Assembly (NCBI GenBank): GCA_963847705.1 | Contig: CAWKBC010000034.1 | Coordinates: 160,001 to 224,000 of the forward strand | From: an uncultured Pseudomonadota bacterium | GTDB taxonomy: Bacteria; Myxococcota_A; Polyangia; Fen-1088 | Reading direction: 5' to 3' | DNA length: 64,000 nucleotides | Shown: positions 9,769 through 19,420 of the stretch, piece after piece | How positions within the stretch are numbered: position 1 is the stretch's first letter | Layout of the letters: every line of letters begins with the position of its first letter | The notes under the pieces: generated by a model | The model's database searches: none | Seen by the model: only the letters and a program-made list of their open reading frames with translations | What the model was told of the DNA's origin: nothing | Program-made: the position numbers and the translations under genes

Positions 9769-10389
9769 CTATAGCCGGAGGTGGGCCAGGAACATCTCGG
9801 CGATCGCGGCCGCCCAGCGGTCGACCTCGGGGCGGCTGCGGGCGGTCTCGGAGACGTGCTTGCCCATCCCCGCCAGCGTGGCGACGTAGAGTCGAGCGGC
9901 GAAGGCGCGACGGCGGCGCGGAAGGTCGGGTGCCGCCTGGGCGATGAGCGCGCGCAAGAGCGGCATCCCGCGGGCGCGGTGCTCGCGGGCCTGGGGCGCG
10001 TCCCGGTAGAGGGGGGCGGCATCGCCCAGCGCACGCCGCAGCGGCGCCTCTTCATACTCGGAGCGAAAGAAGGCGCGCAGGGCGGCGCGCAGGCGCTCGG
10101 CGGCCCCCAGCCGCTGGTCCGTGAAGATCCCATCCAGGAGGCGGCCGGTGGCCATCCACTCGTCCTGCTGCAGGCGAAAGAGGATCGCCTGCTTGTTGGG
10201 AAAGTACTGGTAAAGCGAGCCGACGCTGACCCCGGCCCGCTCGGCGACCCGCACGGTCGTGAAGCCGGCAGCCCCCTCTCGCTCGAGAACGCGAACCGCC
10301 CCCTGGAGGATGGCCTCGACCAGGCGGTTCGAGCGGGCCTGCTGCGGCCGTTTTCTCGGGACAATGACGACGGCCGGCTTTCTGGGCAC
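9769..10389 (-). CDS. TetR family transcriptional regulator
   Basis: RKRPQQARS leader and HTH FTTVRVAERAGVSVGSLYQYFPNK. Confidence 0.92.
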   Translation of the reverse strand: MPRKPAVVIVPRKRPQQARSNRLVEAILQGAVRVLEREGAAGFTTVRVAERAGVSVGSLYQYFPNKQAILFRLQQDEWMATGRLLDGIFTDQRLGAAERLRAALRAFFRSEYEEAPLRRALGDAAPLYRDAPQAREHRARGMPLLRALIAQAAPDLPRRRRAFAARLYVATLAGMGKHVSETARSRPEVDRWAAAIAEMFLAHLRL

Positions 10390-10399
10390 GCACGCTCCG

Positions 10400-10434
10400 A
10401 ATGCGAATTGTGAACGCGAAGGTAAATTCGTATT
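10400..10434. promoter_or_regulatory. Putative TetR operator (inverted repeat)
   Basis: aatgcgaatt (10400-10409) and aattcgtatt (10425-10434) are 9/10 complementary and lie between the divergent tetR and methyltransferase genes. Confidence 0.6.
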
Positions 10435-10476
10435 TTAGACCTGTCGCCCACCAGCCGCCAACAGGTAGGTCATCTC

Positions 10477-11145
10477 ATGTCCAGCACACTCACCGCCTCG
10501 CCCGTCGCCCCGCTGCTCGATCGGCTGTACGCCGACGCCGCCCGCAGCGGAAAGCTCCTCGGCCAGATGTTCGGCCACCTCACGCGCGAAGAGCGCCTGG
10601 CGCGGATGTCGGATCCGAACGCCGACTACCGCGCCTTCTTCGGCAAAGCCCGGGAGATCCACATGCCGGTCTCGCGGGCCACCGGGGCGCTTCTGTACAT
10701 GCTGGCCCGGGGCAACGGCGCCCGCGCCGTCGTCGAGTTCGGGACCTCGTTCGGGCTCTCCACGATTCACCTGGCCGCCGCCCTCCGCGACAACGGCGGC
10801 GGCAAGCTGATCGGCAGCGAGTTCGAGCCCCACAAGCTGGCCCAGGCCCGCGCCAACCTGGAGGCCGCCGGGCTCGCCGATCTGGTCGAGATCCGGGAGG
10901 GTGACGCGCTGGAGACCCTGGCCCGCGATCTCCCCGGCACCGTCGACCTCCTGCTGCTCGACGGCCACAAGCCGCTCTACGGCAAGATCCTGGCGCTGGT
11001 CGCCCCCCGCCTGCGCGCCGGCTCCTACGTGGTCGCCGACAACGCGGACGCCTGCCCCGACTACAAGGCCCACATCCGCGCCTCCGGCTCCGGCTACCTC
11101 TCGATCCCGTTCGGCGAGGATGTCGAGCTCACGATGAAGCTGTGA
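10477..11145 (+). CDS. O-methyltransferase (class I SAM-dependent)
   Basis: VVEFGTSFGLST, GDALETL, DLLLLDG and VVADN motifs. Confidence 0.9.
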   Translation: MSSTLTASPVAPLLDRLYADAARSGKLLGQMFGHLTREERLARMSDPNADYRAFFGKAREIHMPVSRATGALLYMLARGNGARAVVEFGTSFGLSTIHLAAALRDNGGGKLIGSEFEPHKLAQARANLEAAGLADLVEIREGDALETLARDLPGTVDLLLLDGHKPLYGKILALVAPRLRAGSYVVADNADACPDYKAHIRASGSGYLSIPFGEDVELTMKL

Positions 11146-11214
11146 GGTCCGCGCTTCGCGCCTGGGATCTCGGATCACAGTTCCAGAGTGGTTCGTGGCG
11201 TGCGCGTGGACCCG

Positions 11215-11392
11215 CCCGGCCATCGAGCTGGAGCACATCTTCGTTCGATCGATACTGGCAGGCGCGTCGCGCACGGAGCGCCGGCTCAGGGCTCGGCCTG
11301 CGCATCGCGAAGGGGATCGTCGAAGCGCACGGCCAGCGCATCTGGGACGAGAGCAGCCGGGGCGCGGGAGCTGCGTTCTGTTTCACATTGGT
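11215..11392 (+). pseudogene. C-terminal remnant of a sensor histidine kinase (HATPase_c)
   Basis: ELEHIF joined across a 4-bp duplication (ttcgttcg) to FDRYWQ...GSGLGLRIAKGIVEAHG.RIW...G.GAAFCFTL. No N-terminal part. Confidence 0.75.
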
Positions 11393-11468
11393 CGCGCAGG
11401 TTCCCGCCGCACCGACCCACGCCTCCCCTGAGCCGAGCACCAGAGACGGCGCTCACCGGAGGCCGGCG

Positions 11469-11753
11469 TCAGGGTGAGCCCAGCGGGTTCCGCGGCGAGC
11501 TCGGCGACGAGTTGGTCTCCGTCGGCGAGAGGGTGGGAGAGCTCCCTGGGATCGGGACGTCGCTCGGGACGATGACGCCGTGCTTGGAGGACGGCTGATC
11601 GAGGTCGGCCGGAAAGTCCGGGGAGGGCGAGCTTGGCGCCGCGGAGGCTTGCGAGCGGTGAGCCCCCGAGGTGCCGCAAGCCAACAGACCACAGGTTCCC
11701 AGCACAAACCCGAGTGCCCTGTAGGTCATCCACCGAAAGTAATCGCGATCCAC
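11469..11753 (-). CDS. Hypothetical small lipoprotein-like protein
   Basis: Hydrophobic stretch ending LLAC, followed by a Ser/Pro-rich tail. Follows the next gene on the same strand. Confidence 0.35.
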   Translation of the reverse strand: MDRDYFRWMTYRALGFVLGTCGLLACGTSGAHRSQASAAPSSPSPDFPADLDQPSSKHGVIVPSDVPIPGSSPTLSPTETNSSPSSPRNPLGSP

Positions 11754-11770
11754 ACCGGAGCAAGACCGTT

Positions 11771-12310
11771 TCAGTTGTCGGCGTGCGCCGTGGGCTCCAC
11801 GGTCGCGGACTCTGTGGCCGTGGTCTTGGCCGAGATCGTCGCCGTATCCGGCGCTTCGGGGATGGTCTCCGCCAGGGCGGCCGCCTCTGGCGCGGTCGTG
11901 TCAACTGCGGCAGCCGTCGTCGGGACGGCGGCGACACCGGGGACGCTGGCGACATCGGCGACGTCGGCGACGTCGGCTGCCGCCTCGACGCGCGCTCCCG
12001 CACGCGCGAGCGCTGCCATCTCGCGTCGATGCTGCTGCGCCAGCCTCAACGCCTCGGCGCCCTCCTCCTGCGCCTTGGTGGCCAGCTGCCGCGCGCGGTC
12101 CGGGTATCGGGGCATTCGCTGCGCATAGTTGAAGTCAGCCTTGGCATCGGCCAGGCATCTGGCGGCCTCGGGCGATCCCTCCACCGCGCCGGCCGCCTCG
12201 GCCTGCCGAATGACGTCGTTGAAGAGGGCGCGCTGCTCGCTCGAAGGCATGAACGGCTGCTCCGCGCATCCGACGGCTCCCACAATCAGGCAGATCCCGA
12301 TGAAACGCAT
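11771..12310 (-). CDS. DUF4398-like lipoprotein with Ala/Thr-rich tail
   Basis: Lipobox AVGC, then IRQAEAAGA...EAARCLADAK...ARQLATKAQEEGAEALRLA helical pattern. Confidence 0.55.
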   Translation of the reverse strand: MRFIGICLIVGAVGCAEQPFMPSSEQRALFNDVIRQAEAAGAVEGSPEAARCLADAKADFNYAQRMPRYPDRARQLATKAQEEGAEALRLAQQHRREMAALARAGARVEAAADVADVADVASVPGVAAVPTTAAAVDTTAPEAAALAETIPEAPDTATISAKTTATESATVEPTAHADN

Positions 12311-12734
12311 GATGAACTGCTGACGCAGCAAGCGGCGTGCCGGGAATCGCATACGGATCAAGCGGGAGAAGGCCAGCGACCGTCACCATTCGGTGCCGTC
12401 CTCCGTTACCGCGGCAAGAGAGAGGTGGCGGCGGGATGCCGAGCGCACGAGGTGGCGGCGACCGGCACCCACAGTCTCCCCGGGCCTGCGAGATCGGCGG
12501 CGTCCCCCCAAACACGGTTCAACGGCGACCACGACAACACGGTGAAAGTGCTCTCGCAATCATCGCGGCGCCGCACGCTCTCATGGACCGTCGGCGCCGG
12601 CATCGCCCGGGCAGCAGGCGAGCGAGATCGTGTCCGCCAGTCGGTGGCCGCGCGGTTGCCCTGCGCGCAAAACAGGTCCAAGATTTCCCGCGGCGCGTGG
12701 CGGACGGTGCGCCGAAGAGAAAAGGAGCTGCTCG

Positions 12735-13133
12735 ATGTTGAAGGTGAAAGACATCATGACGAGTAAGGTCTACACGGTGGAGTTCGACGCTTCGGCCGAA
12801 GAGGCGGCCTGGGGCCTGACCCGCCGCCAGATCGGGGCGGCTCCCGTGAAGAACCGGCAAGGCGAGCTGGTCGGGATCTTGACCAAGGGCGACCTCGTCG
12901 ACCCCGAGCCGCATCAGTGGATCAAGAAGGAGGCCACGGTGGGCGATCTCATGGACCCGGAGATCATCGCCGTCTACGAGGACGACCCGGCGCTGGAAGC
13001 GGTGCACGAGCTCGCCAGCAAGAACCAACACCGCCTGGTCGTCTTGAACACGGAGAACAAGCTGGTCGGAATTGTGAGCACGATGGACGTCGTACGTGCC
13101 CTCGACAAAGGGCTGTCATTCGCCGTCCAGTGA
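12735..13133 (+). CDS. CBS domain pair protein
   Basis: VKDIMT...LVGILTKGDL and VGDLMD...LVGIVSTMDV. RBS aaggag upstream. Confidence 0.9.
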   Translation: MLKVKDIMTSKVYTVEFDASAEEAAWGLTRRQIGAAPVKNRQGELVGILTKGDLVDPEPHQWIKKEATVGDLMDPEIIAVYEDDPALEAVHELASKNQHRLVVLNTENKLVGIVSTMDVVRALDKGLSFAVQ

Positions 13134-13454
13134 GGCGGCAACCCCGGCCACGGTAGGCGTTCTCTGAGGGCTCGTCCGGCCCCCGCCCCGCCTCACCCAT
13201 TTCCTGCCCCGACGAGCTCGTCGAAGTACCCGACCGTCCAGCCCCATGGCGGAAGTCGCCCCGGGTGTCCTCTGCCGGCCCGCCCGGGCCCTGCATGACT
13301 CCGTCCATCGATACGGTGGGTCAACACGTTGATCTGTCGCATGAGTCTCACCTGCCTCTGACAACACGACGAACGGGCCCGCCGTGGATCGACATCGGGA
13401 TCATCGACCCGTAACGGCGCGAATTCGCTGACACGACAAAGTTCACACCGCGGT

Positions 13455-13481
13455 TGTCGATCCGGTAGCCCGTCGATCGTC
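13455..13481 (+). promoter_or_regulatory. Putative ECF sigma promoter for the YciI gene
   Basis: TGTCGAT-N16-CGTC, which resembles ECF41-type TGTC...-N16-CGTC promoters, 38 bp upstream of the start. Confidence 0.45.
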
Positions 13482-13518
13482 GCTCCGATACACCACCCGA
13501 ACCACGAGGAGACACGCG

Positions 13519-13992
13519 ATGAGGGTCATGATTTTCGGGAAGACGACCAAGCAAACCGAAGCGGGCCAGCCGCCGACCGAAGAGGCGCTGCTGGCGATGC
13601 ACAAGTTCAACGAGGAGTTGCAGAAGGCCGGCGTGCTGCTCGATCTCGGCGGCCTCACGCCGACCAGCCGCGGCGTGCGCCTGAAGTACAGCGGGAGCAA
13701 GTGCAGGGTGATCGATGGCCCGTTCGCCGAATCCAAGGAGGTGATTGCCGGCTACCTGCTGCTCGAGGTCAAGACGCTCGCCGAGGCGGTCGAATGGGCC
13801 AAGCGCGCGCCGTTCGGCCTCGGCGCGCCAGACGGCGAGGAGGCGGAGGTCGAGCTCCGACCGCTGTTCGACGCGGCGGACTTCGACGTGCCGGGCGAGG
13901 CCGAGGAGCGCGCCAGGCGACTCGGCCTCGACGTGCCGGGCGAGCCCGAGCAGCGCGCCAAGCGACTCGGCGAAAAGCCCGGCCAGGCGTGA
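13519..13992 (+). CDS. YciI (DGPF) family protein
   Basis: IDGPFAESKEVIAGY and EAVEWAKRAP. The C-terminus carries a 45-bp tandem duplication (13882-13971). Confidence 0.92.
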   Translation: MRVMIFGKTTKQTEAGQPPTEEALLAMHKFNEELQKAGVLLDLGGLTPTSRGVRLKYSGSKCRVIDGPFAESKEVIAGYLLLEVKTLAEAVEWAKRAPFGLGAPDGEEAEVELRPLFDAADFDVPGEAEERARRLGLDVPGEPEQRAKRLGEKPGQA

Positions 13993-14049
13993 CCGCGACG
14001 TGGGGCGCGGTTACGGTCAGCCCCCGCCGCCCGCGTGCCTGGGGGATGC

Positions 14050-14526
14050 CTATCCGCGCCGAGCTGCATCGATCGCGGCGACGTCGATCTTCTTCATGGT
14101 CATCATCGCCGAGAAGGCCCGCTTCGCTTCGCCGCCGCCAGCCGCCATCGCCTCGGTGAGCGTGCGCGGCGTGATCTGCCAGGAGAGGCCCCATCTGTCC
14201 CTGCACCAACCGCACGCGCTCTCTTCGCCGCCGTTGTTCACGATGGCGTTCCAGTACCGGTCGGTCTCTTCCTGGCTGTCCGTCGCGATCTGGAAAGAGA
14301 ACGCCTCGCTTTGCTTGAACGCAGATCCGCCGTTGATGGCAACGCAGGGGATGCCGCACACCGTGAATTCGACCGTCAGCGCCTCCCCCTCCTTCCCGCC
14401 CGGGAAGTCCCCCGGCGCCTTGTGCACGGCCGTCAGCTTGCTGTCCGGGAAGGTGGCCGCATAAAAGCGCCCCGCCGCTTCCGCGTCCTTGTCGAACCAG
14501 AGGCAGATCGTGTTCTTGTGGATCAT
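14050..14526 (-). CDS. VOC family protein (PhnB / 3-demethylubiquinone-9 3-methyltransferase-like)
   Basis: CLWFDKDAEAA, INGG, QEETDRYWNA, CGWCRDRWGLSWQI and MMTMKKID. Confidence 0.92.
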   Translation of the reverse strand: MIHKNTICLWFDKDAEAAGRFYAATFPDSKLTAVHKAPGDFPGGKEGEALTVEFTVCGIPCVAINGGSAFKQSEAFSFQIATDSQEETDRYWNAIVNNGGEESACGWCRDRWGLSWQITPRTLTEAMAAGGGEAKRAFSAMMTMKKIDVAAIDAARRG

Positions 14527-14679
14527 GTTCAGTCAGCCCTTTCGCTGTTGCTCCACTCAGCCTGCCCTACTGCCCGGTGCTCGCGACCGGCATCGCGCCC
14601 GTGTAGCAGCTGCTCCTTGCGGGGCTGAAATATACGTACTTCATCGGGGTGGCGGAATAGGTGCCCGGCACGAAGGTGC

Positions 14680-14775
14680 TGCGCGCCTTTCCGCCCGCGC
14701 CCACCGCCGCCTGGGAGACGGTGACCTCGAAGCCCCGCTCGGCGAGCTCGTGCGCGGCGCTGAGGCCCCCCACCG
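14680..14775 (-). pseudogene. N-terminal remnant of an FAD-dependent oxidoreductase
   Basis: GGLSAAHELAERGFEVTV...GGKARS dinucleotide-binding fragment with no continuation. Confidence 0.65.
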
Positions 14776-14833
14776 GGACAGGACTTTCAAGAGGCCTTCC
14801 ACCCGGATGGTAGCGAAGCGATGCCGGAGGCGG

Positions 14834-15196
14834 TTATCCGTCTGTCTCGCTGACGCGTTGTAGTTCGAGCGCCAGCACCGTCGCGCGCATGGGCGTCTCG
14901 ACGAACCGAAGTCCCAGCCCGCTCGGTAGGTCGACCAGATCCTGAAACGGACGCCACCAGCGAACCTCGCCGAGGATTTCGACCGGCTCGGTGGCCCCCG
15001 GAATCATGAAGCGCACGATCACCCAATCCCCCACGGCCAAAAGCCGCGGTGTCGAGACGAAGAGCCCGCCCAGGCAGACGTTCCGCGCTATTCCCGGGCC
15101 AGATCCGGTGCGACTTCGCAAGTGAACCGGGATCTGGATGTCGGTGCGCTCCGGTCGAGGAGGGATCTTCTCGGCAGGAGACTGGGCGTGGGTCAT
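14834..15196 (-). CDS. PilZ domain protein (myxobacterial type)
   Basis: RxxxR-like PRPER, NVCLGGLFV, GEVRWWR and GLGLRF. Confidence 0.8.
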   Translation of the reverse strand: MTHAQSPAEKIPPRPERTDIQIPVHLRSRTGSGPGIARNVCLGGLFVSTPRLLAVGDWVIVRFMIPGATEPVEILGEVRWWRPFQDLVDLPSGLGLRFVETPMRATVLALELQRVSETDG

Positions 15197-15282
15197 GGCG
15201 GTCCTCCCATCGCTTTGGTGGCCTCCGCCGGGCCGGAGGTTAGTCCCTATTTCGGGGCGGGGCGTTTCCCTGCCTCACTCAC

Positions 15283-15993
15283 TCACTCCTCGTGCTCAGC
15301 GAACCGCTCGAGGCGATACGCGAGCGCCGGACCTTCCGAGCCTTCGTACGCCAGCTGGGCAATGAGCAGAGAGAAGGGCTCGGTGTAGCGCGCGATCCGA
15401 AGCGGCCCCGCGTCGATTGGGTCAAAGCCGAGGTCACGGATCAGCCCGGCCGCGATCTTCTTCGCGGGTTCATCGTCGCCGCAGTACACGAGACTGGGCC
15501 GCGTGAGCTTTCGACGTGCCTCAAAAACACCGAAGAGCACCTCGCTGGGCACGGTGCTGAACGCAGCAACAACACGCGAGGCGGGGAGCCGCCGCGCGAG
15601 CTCTTCGGCGCCGGACGTATCGCGGCCAAGCACGAGAGCCGTGTCGTCCGTGTTCATCGGTAGGCTGCAACTCACGATGACCTTCCCCGATAGGTCGCCG
15701 GCTTGCTTCAGAACGTCATCGAGCCTCGACCAATGCACCGCGAGTAAGACAACCTCGGCGTGTGTGGCCGCTTCGCGGGGCGTCCCCGCCCGAGTATCGC
15801 CATCTGCCCCGCGCGCCAAGCGCTGCAGCTTGGCCTTGCTCCGGGCGTAGCTGAACACGACGTCATGACCTGCACGCGCGAAAAGGGTGCCGAGCTTGCC
15901 GCCCATCAAACCAGAACCGAGGATACCGATCCGGGTGTGCCCACCGTGGCTGTCTCCGCGGGGGCGGAGCTCTCGCGTGTTCGATCCCTTCAT
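15283..15993 (-). CDS. NADPH-dependent F420 reductase family oxidoreductase
   Basis: IGILGSGLMG, LLAVHW, TSGAEELA, RVVAAF, YCGDD and GFDPIDAGPL. Confidence 0.88.
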   Translation of the reverse strand: MKGSNTRELRPRGDSHGGHTRIGILGSGLMGGKLGTLFARAGHDVVFSYARSKAKLQRLARGADGDTRAGTPREAATHAEVVLLAVHWSRLDDVLKQAGDLSGKVIVSCSLPMNTDDTALVLGRDTSGAEELARRLPASRVVAAFSTVPSEVLFGVFEARRKLTRPSLVYCGDDEPAKKIAAGLIRDLGFDPIDAGPLRIARYTEPFSLLIAQLAYEGSEGPALAYRLERFAEHEE

Positions 15994-16850
15994 GGGGTCG
16001 GCCTCTTGCCGGCATCATCGAACGCGAGCGAGGTCGACAGCTCGCGGAAGGCGTTGGTCTGCTGCTGAAGAGTGCTGGCCACCTGCTCGGCGGTGGCGAC
16101 GGCGTCGGCACCGGCGATAAAGCGCAGCGGGGGCTGCTTCTGCTCGGCGATGGTCAGTAACGCCCGGGCCAACTTAGCGGGGTCGCCGGCCTGCTTGCCG
16201 TTGTGTCCTTTCCAGAAGTCGAGCTGCTTCGCTCTGCGGTCGGCATAGTCCTCGATGGACGGCTCGGCGTAGGTCGTCGACTGCTCCGTGAGGAGCTCGG
16301 TGCGAAAGAACCCTGGGTTCACGATGGTGGTGTTGATTCCGAACGCCGCGACCTCGACCGCCAGCGACTCCATCCAGCCCTCCAGTCCGAACTTAGAGGC
16401 GGCGTAGGCGCTGCAGAACTCGAAGCCAACCAGGCCTGCGGTCGACGAGATCGAGATGACGTGCCCCGACCGCTGCTTTCGCATGACCGGCAGGACAGCG
16501 CGGGTGACATTCATCGGGCCCACGAGGCTCGTCGTCAGCTGCCGTTCGAACTGCTCTGGTGCCAGCTCCTCGAAGTAGCCGGCGTGAAAATTGGCAGCGT
16601 TGTTGACGATCACGTCGATGCGGCCGAATCGGTCCACGGCGGCTCGAACCGCAGCCTGGGCCTCACCCAGTCGGGTGATGTCGAGCTTGACCGTCAGGAG
16701 ATTGCCAGACGTGCCCAGGGTCTCGGACAGACGGACCGTATCTCGGCCCGTGGCCACGACAGCACGCCCAGTCGCCAGCGCTGCCTTGGCAATCTCGACC
16801 CCCATGCCGCGGCCGGCGCCCGTGATGAACCAGACCTTCTTGTTTTCCAT
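15990..16850 (-). CDS. Short-chain dehydrogenase/reductase
   Basis: WFITGAGRGMG, NNAA, YAASK catalytic motif and PGFFRT. Confidence 0.93.
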   Translation of the reverse strand: MENKKVWFITGAGRGMGVEIAKAALATGRAVVATGRDTVRLSETLGTSGNLLTVKLDITRLGEAQAAVRAAVDRFGRIDVIVNNAANFHAGYFEELAPEQFERQLTTSLVGPMNVTRAVLPVMRKQRSGHVISISSTAGLVGFEFCSAYAASKFGLEGWMESLAVEVAAFGINTTIVNPGFFRTELLTEQSTTYAEPSIEDYADRRAKQLDFWKGHNGKQAGDPAKLARALLTIAEQKQPPLRFIAGADAVATAEQVASTLQQQTNAFRELSTSLAFDDAGKRPTP

Positions 16851-16949
16851 GGGCACAGTCTGCGCACGAGGCCGGCGCAGGACCATGCTTCACTTTCTTA
16901 AAGGACTCGGTAGCCTGGCTACACAATGCATCGACGTCCTTCGAGTCGC

Positions 16950-17144
16950 TCATACCTCTCCGGCGGCCCTACGTCCGCGAGGTCGGAGGCCATCGATGCG
17001 GCTCGCGAAGGATCGATGGTCACATGCGAGGTATGCGGTGCCCAAGGCACCCTGGCCGAGCGACGCGGCTGGACATCGGTCAAGTGCGACGCGCACGAGA
17101 ACTGGTCCCGGTTCGACCCAAGGCCGGCTATCCCTTCAGCGTGA
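16950..17144 (+). pseudogene. Fragment of a Zn-ribbon hypothetical protein (possibly phage-type)
   Basis: EAIDAAREGSMVTCEVCGAQG...GW...CDAH motif without a credible start. Confidence 0.4.
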
Positions 17145-17363
17145 CCGGAGCATGGGTGGGGGCCGGCGAGGTGCCGTTGCCTAACTCAAACTGAGGCAAG
17201 GATATGTTGGACCCGGAATCAGATGTCGACCAGCGTCCAGCGGCCCAGGAGCTCTTGGCGAAGCTCAGGAGCGCGCTGCCAGACCTGAAAGCGATCGGGA
17301 ACAGGTCCGCCATCGCGGCGACCTGGTCTCGACTTTCTTGTCTGCCCGCGCGGCCGGACTAGA

Positions 17364-18095
17364 TTGTCGGGCGTGCACGTCGTTTTCGTTGCCGGCGCTG
17401 CGGGCGTGATCGGCAAGCCTCTGGTGACCCTGCTGGTGCAGGGGGGGCATCGCGTGTTCGGAACGACCCGGTCGAAGACGCGGGCGGCCAACCTGGAGCA
17501 ATCGGGGGTGATTCCGATCGTGCTCGACGTGTTCGACCGCCAGGCGGTCGCGGAGGCGATCAAGGGGGCGTGCCCGGACGTGGTCATCCATCAGTTGACC
17601 GATCTCTCCGGCGGTTTGCAGCCCGATCGGATCGCGGAGAGCCGCGCCAAGACCAGCCGCCTTCGCATCGAAGGCACCCAGAACCTCGTCGCGGCCGCGC
17701 GGGCCACCGGCGCGCGCCGGCTGATTGCCCAGAGCATCGCCTGGCTCTATGCCCCAGGCCCGCTGCCATACCGCGAAGACGATCCCCTCGACCCCGCGGA
17801 GGGCACACCACAAGCGGTCACTGCGCGTGGAGTCATCGCACTCGAGAAAGCCGTCCTCGACGCCGCCCCCGTCGAAGGCATCGTGCTGCGCTACGGCCGG
17901 TTCTACGGTGGGGGGGCGGACGCAGCGCCGGCTGGCATCCCCGGCGTGCACGTGGACGCAGCGGCGCACGCCGCCGTGCTCGCCATCGAGCGCGGAGCTC
18001 CGGGAGTTTACAACGTGGCCGAACCCAGCCCCGCGCTGGCGATCGACAAGGTCCGCCGAGAGCTGGGGTGGGATCCTGGCTTTCGCGCCGGATGA
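17364..18095 (+). CDS. NAD-dependent epimerase/dehydratase family protein
   Basis: FVAGAAGVIG, VIHQLTDL, GTQNL, QSIAW, LRYGRFYG and VHVDAAA. Confidence 0.85.
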   Translation: MSGVHVVFVAGAAGVIGKPLVTLLVQGGHRVFGTTRSKTRAANLEQSGVIPIVLDVFDRQAVAEAIKGACPDVVIHQLTDLSGGLQPDRIAESRAKTSRLRIEGTQNLVAAARATGARRLIAQSIAWLYAPGPLPYREDDPLDPAEGTPQAVTARGVIALEKAVLDAAPVEGIVLRYGRFYGGGADAAPAGIPGVHVDAAAHAAVLAIERGAPGVYNVAEPSPALAIDKVRRELGWDPGFRAG

Positions 18096-18139
18096 CCGCG
18101 AGCCAGACCGGCACGGGCTATTCCGATCTCGCCCGGCGG

Positions 18140-19420
18140 TCATATGCGTCGCGCGGCGCTGCGTTCCGGGTGCTCGAAGGCGGAGGCAAAGGGTTCGAGC
18201 TCGGCGTCGGTCATTCCGAGTGAACGGCCCTCGGCGCGCCAGCCAGCCACCACGTGCTCGACGTGGGCCGCGACCTCCTTGGCGCGAGCCCGCGAAATCC
18301 TGAAATATGGAGCGACGGAGAGCAGTGCCTCGATCGTCGCCTCCGGGCCGGTCTCGGGCGAGATCCAGGTTTTGAGCTCACGCACGCGATCGGGGAACGG
18401 GTTCAGGTCGAAAGCCGGGGCCAGCCGCCACTGGCCGTAACCAGCGTGCAGGAAACCGTGGTTGAGTAGATGGTCGTCGACGTTGGTGATCAAGATGGAG
18501 AACGCCATCCGTCGCCACAGCTCTTCGATGTCCGCCTGCGCCGCAGCTCCGTAGATACGAAGCGCGTCGACGATTTCCGTATAGGCGTGCTCGCCTGGAT
18601 CTCCCGGCTCCGCGCCGAGCATGGTCGCGGCCGATACGTAAAGCACCCGGCCTCCTCCATCTGCTCGATCGAAGCGCTTGATCAGAGCGACCGGGACACC
18701 GTCGCTATCAATGAGGCGTGCGTCGGCCGCCTCGATTCCTGCCGCCCTCGCCAGATGCATCGCGAGAACCTCGCCTTTCGTCACCGCGCGCTCATCCGAA
18801 ACGCTCGGGAACTTGCCGATGGACAACCGGCCATTCTCGTCCACGACCGTACACTTCGGCCGCAGGCCGCCGAGCGAGGTACCCCGTCCTCGCAGGTTCG
18901 CTAGATCCGCCGCGGTTTCGCTGTTCGTCTCAACCGAGCGACTCGCGGCCGCGAGACTGGCGAGCTCGATCAGCGGCGGCGCTGTGCGGCGACCTGGCTC
19001 CGAAGCCCGCTGGAAGCTTCCTTCCTCGTCTTGAAAGCGAAGGGCACCTACGCGACTCGCGTCGTCCACCTCCAACAGGAAGCCGAGGTCATTCAGGGGC
19101 CGCGGGTCGAATTCCGTCCCAGAGCGACGAGCTTCCTGCATGCGCTTCGCGTGGTCGCGGAGGATGACACGTCGGCCCCAACCGTCTGGTTCCGTGTCGG
19201 CGATTGAGGAGTGGAAGATCGAGCCGTCGCGAGTCTTTTTGTGAAACTGCGGCCCGGCAACGAGTTGCAGTGCCGGGTCGATCGAAAATCGGTCCCGAGC
19301 CGACAGCCAGCTGGCGTCGTACTCGAAGGCGGCGCTCGCTCGCGCTCCGTCCGCGCTGTATCGGATCATTCCGATCAAGCGCGGCTCGTCGCCCACGAAG
19401 ACCTTGATGGTGCGTCTCAT
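18140..19420 (-). CDS. hipA: HipA-family kinase toxin
   Basis: N-terminal FEYD..WL...FSIDP.L domain, P-loop SLGGLRPK, KRFDR, NVDDHLLNHGF and LAPAFDLNP. Confidence 0.9.
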   Translation of the reverse strand: MRRTIKVFVGDEPRLIGMIRYSADGARASAAFEYDASWLSARDRFSIDPALQLVAGPQFHKKTRDGSIFHSSIADTEPDGWGRRVILRDHAKRMQEARRSGTEFDPRPLNDLGFLLEVDDASRVGALRFQDEEGSFQRASEPGRRTAPPLIELASLAAASRSVETNSETAADLANLRGRGTSLGGLRPKCTVVDENGRLSIGKFPSVSDERAVTKGEVLAMHLARAAGIEAADARLIDSDGVPVALIKRFDRADGGGRVLYVSAATMLGAEPGDPGEHAYTEIVDALRIYGAAAQADIEELWRRMAFSILITNVDDHLLNHGFLHAGYGQWRLAPAFDLNPFPDRVRELKTWISPETGPEATIEALLSVAPYFRISRARAKEVAAHVEHVVAGWRAEGRSLGMTDAELEPFASAFEHPERSAARRI

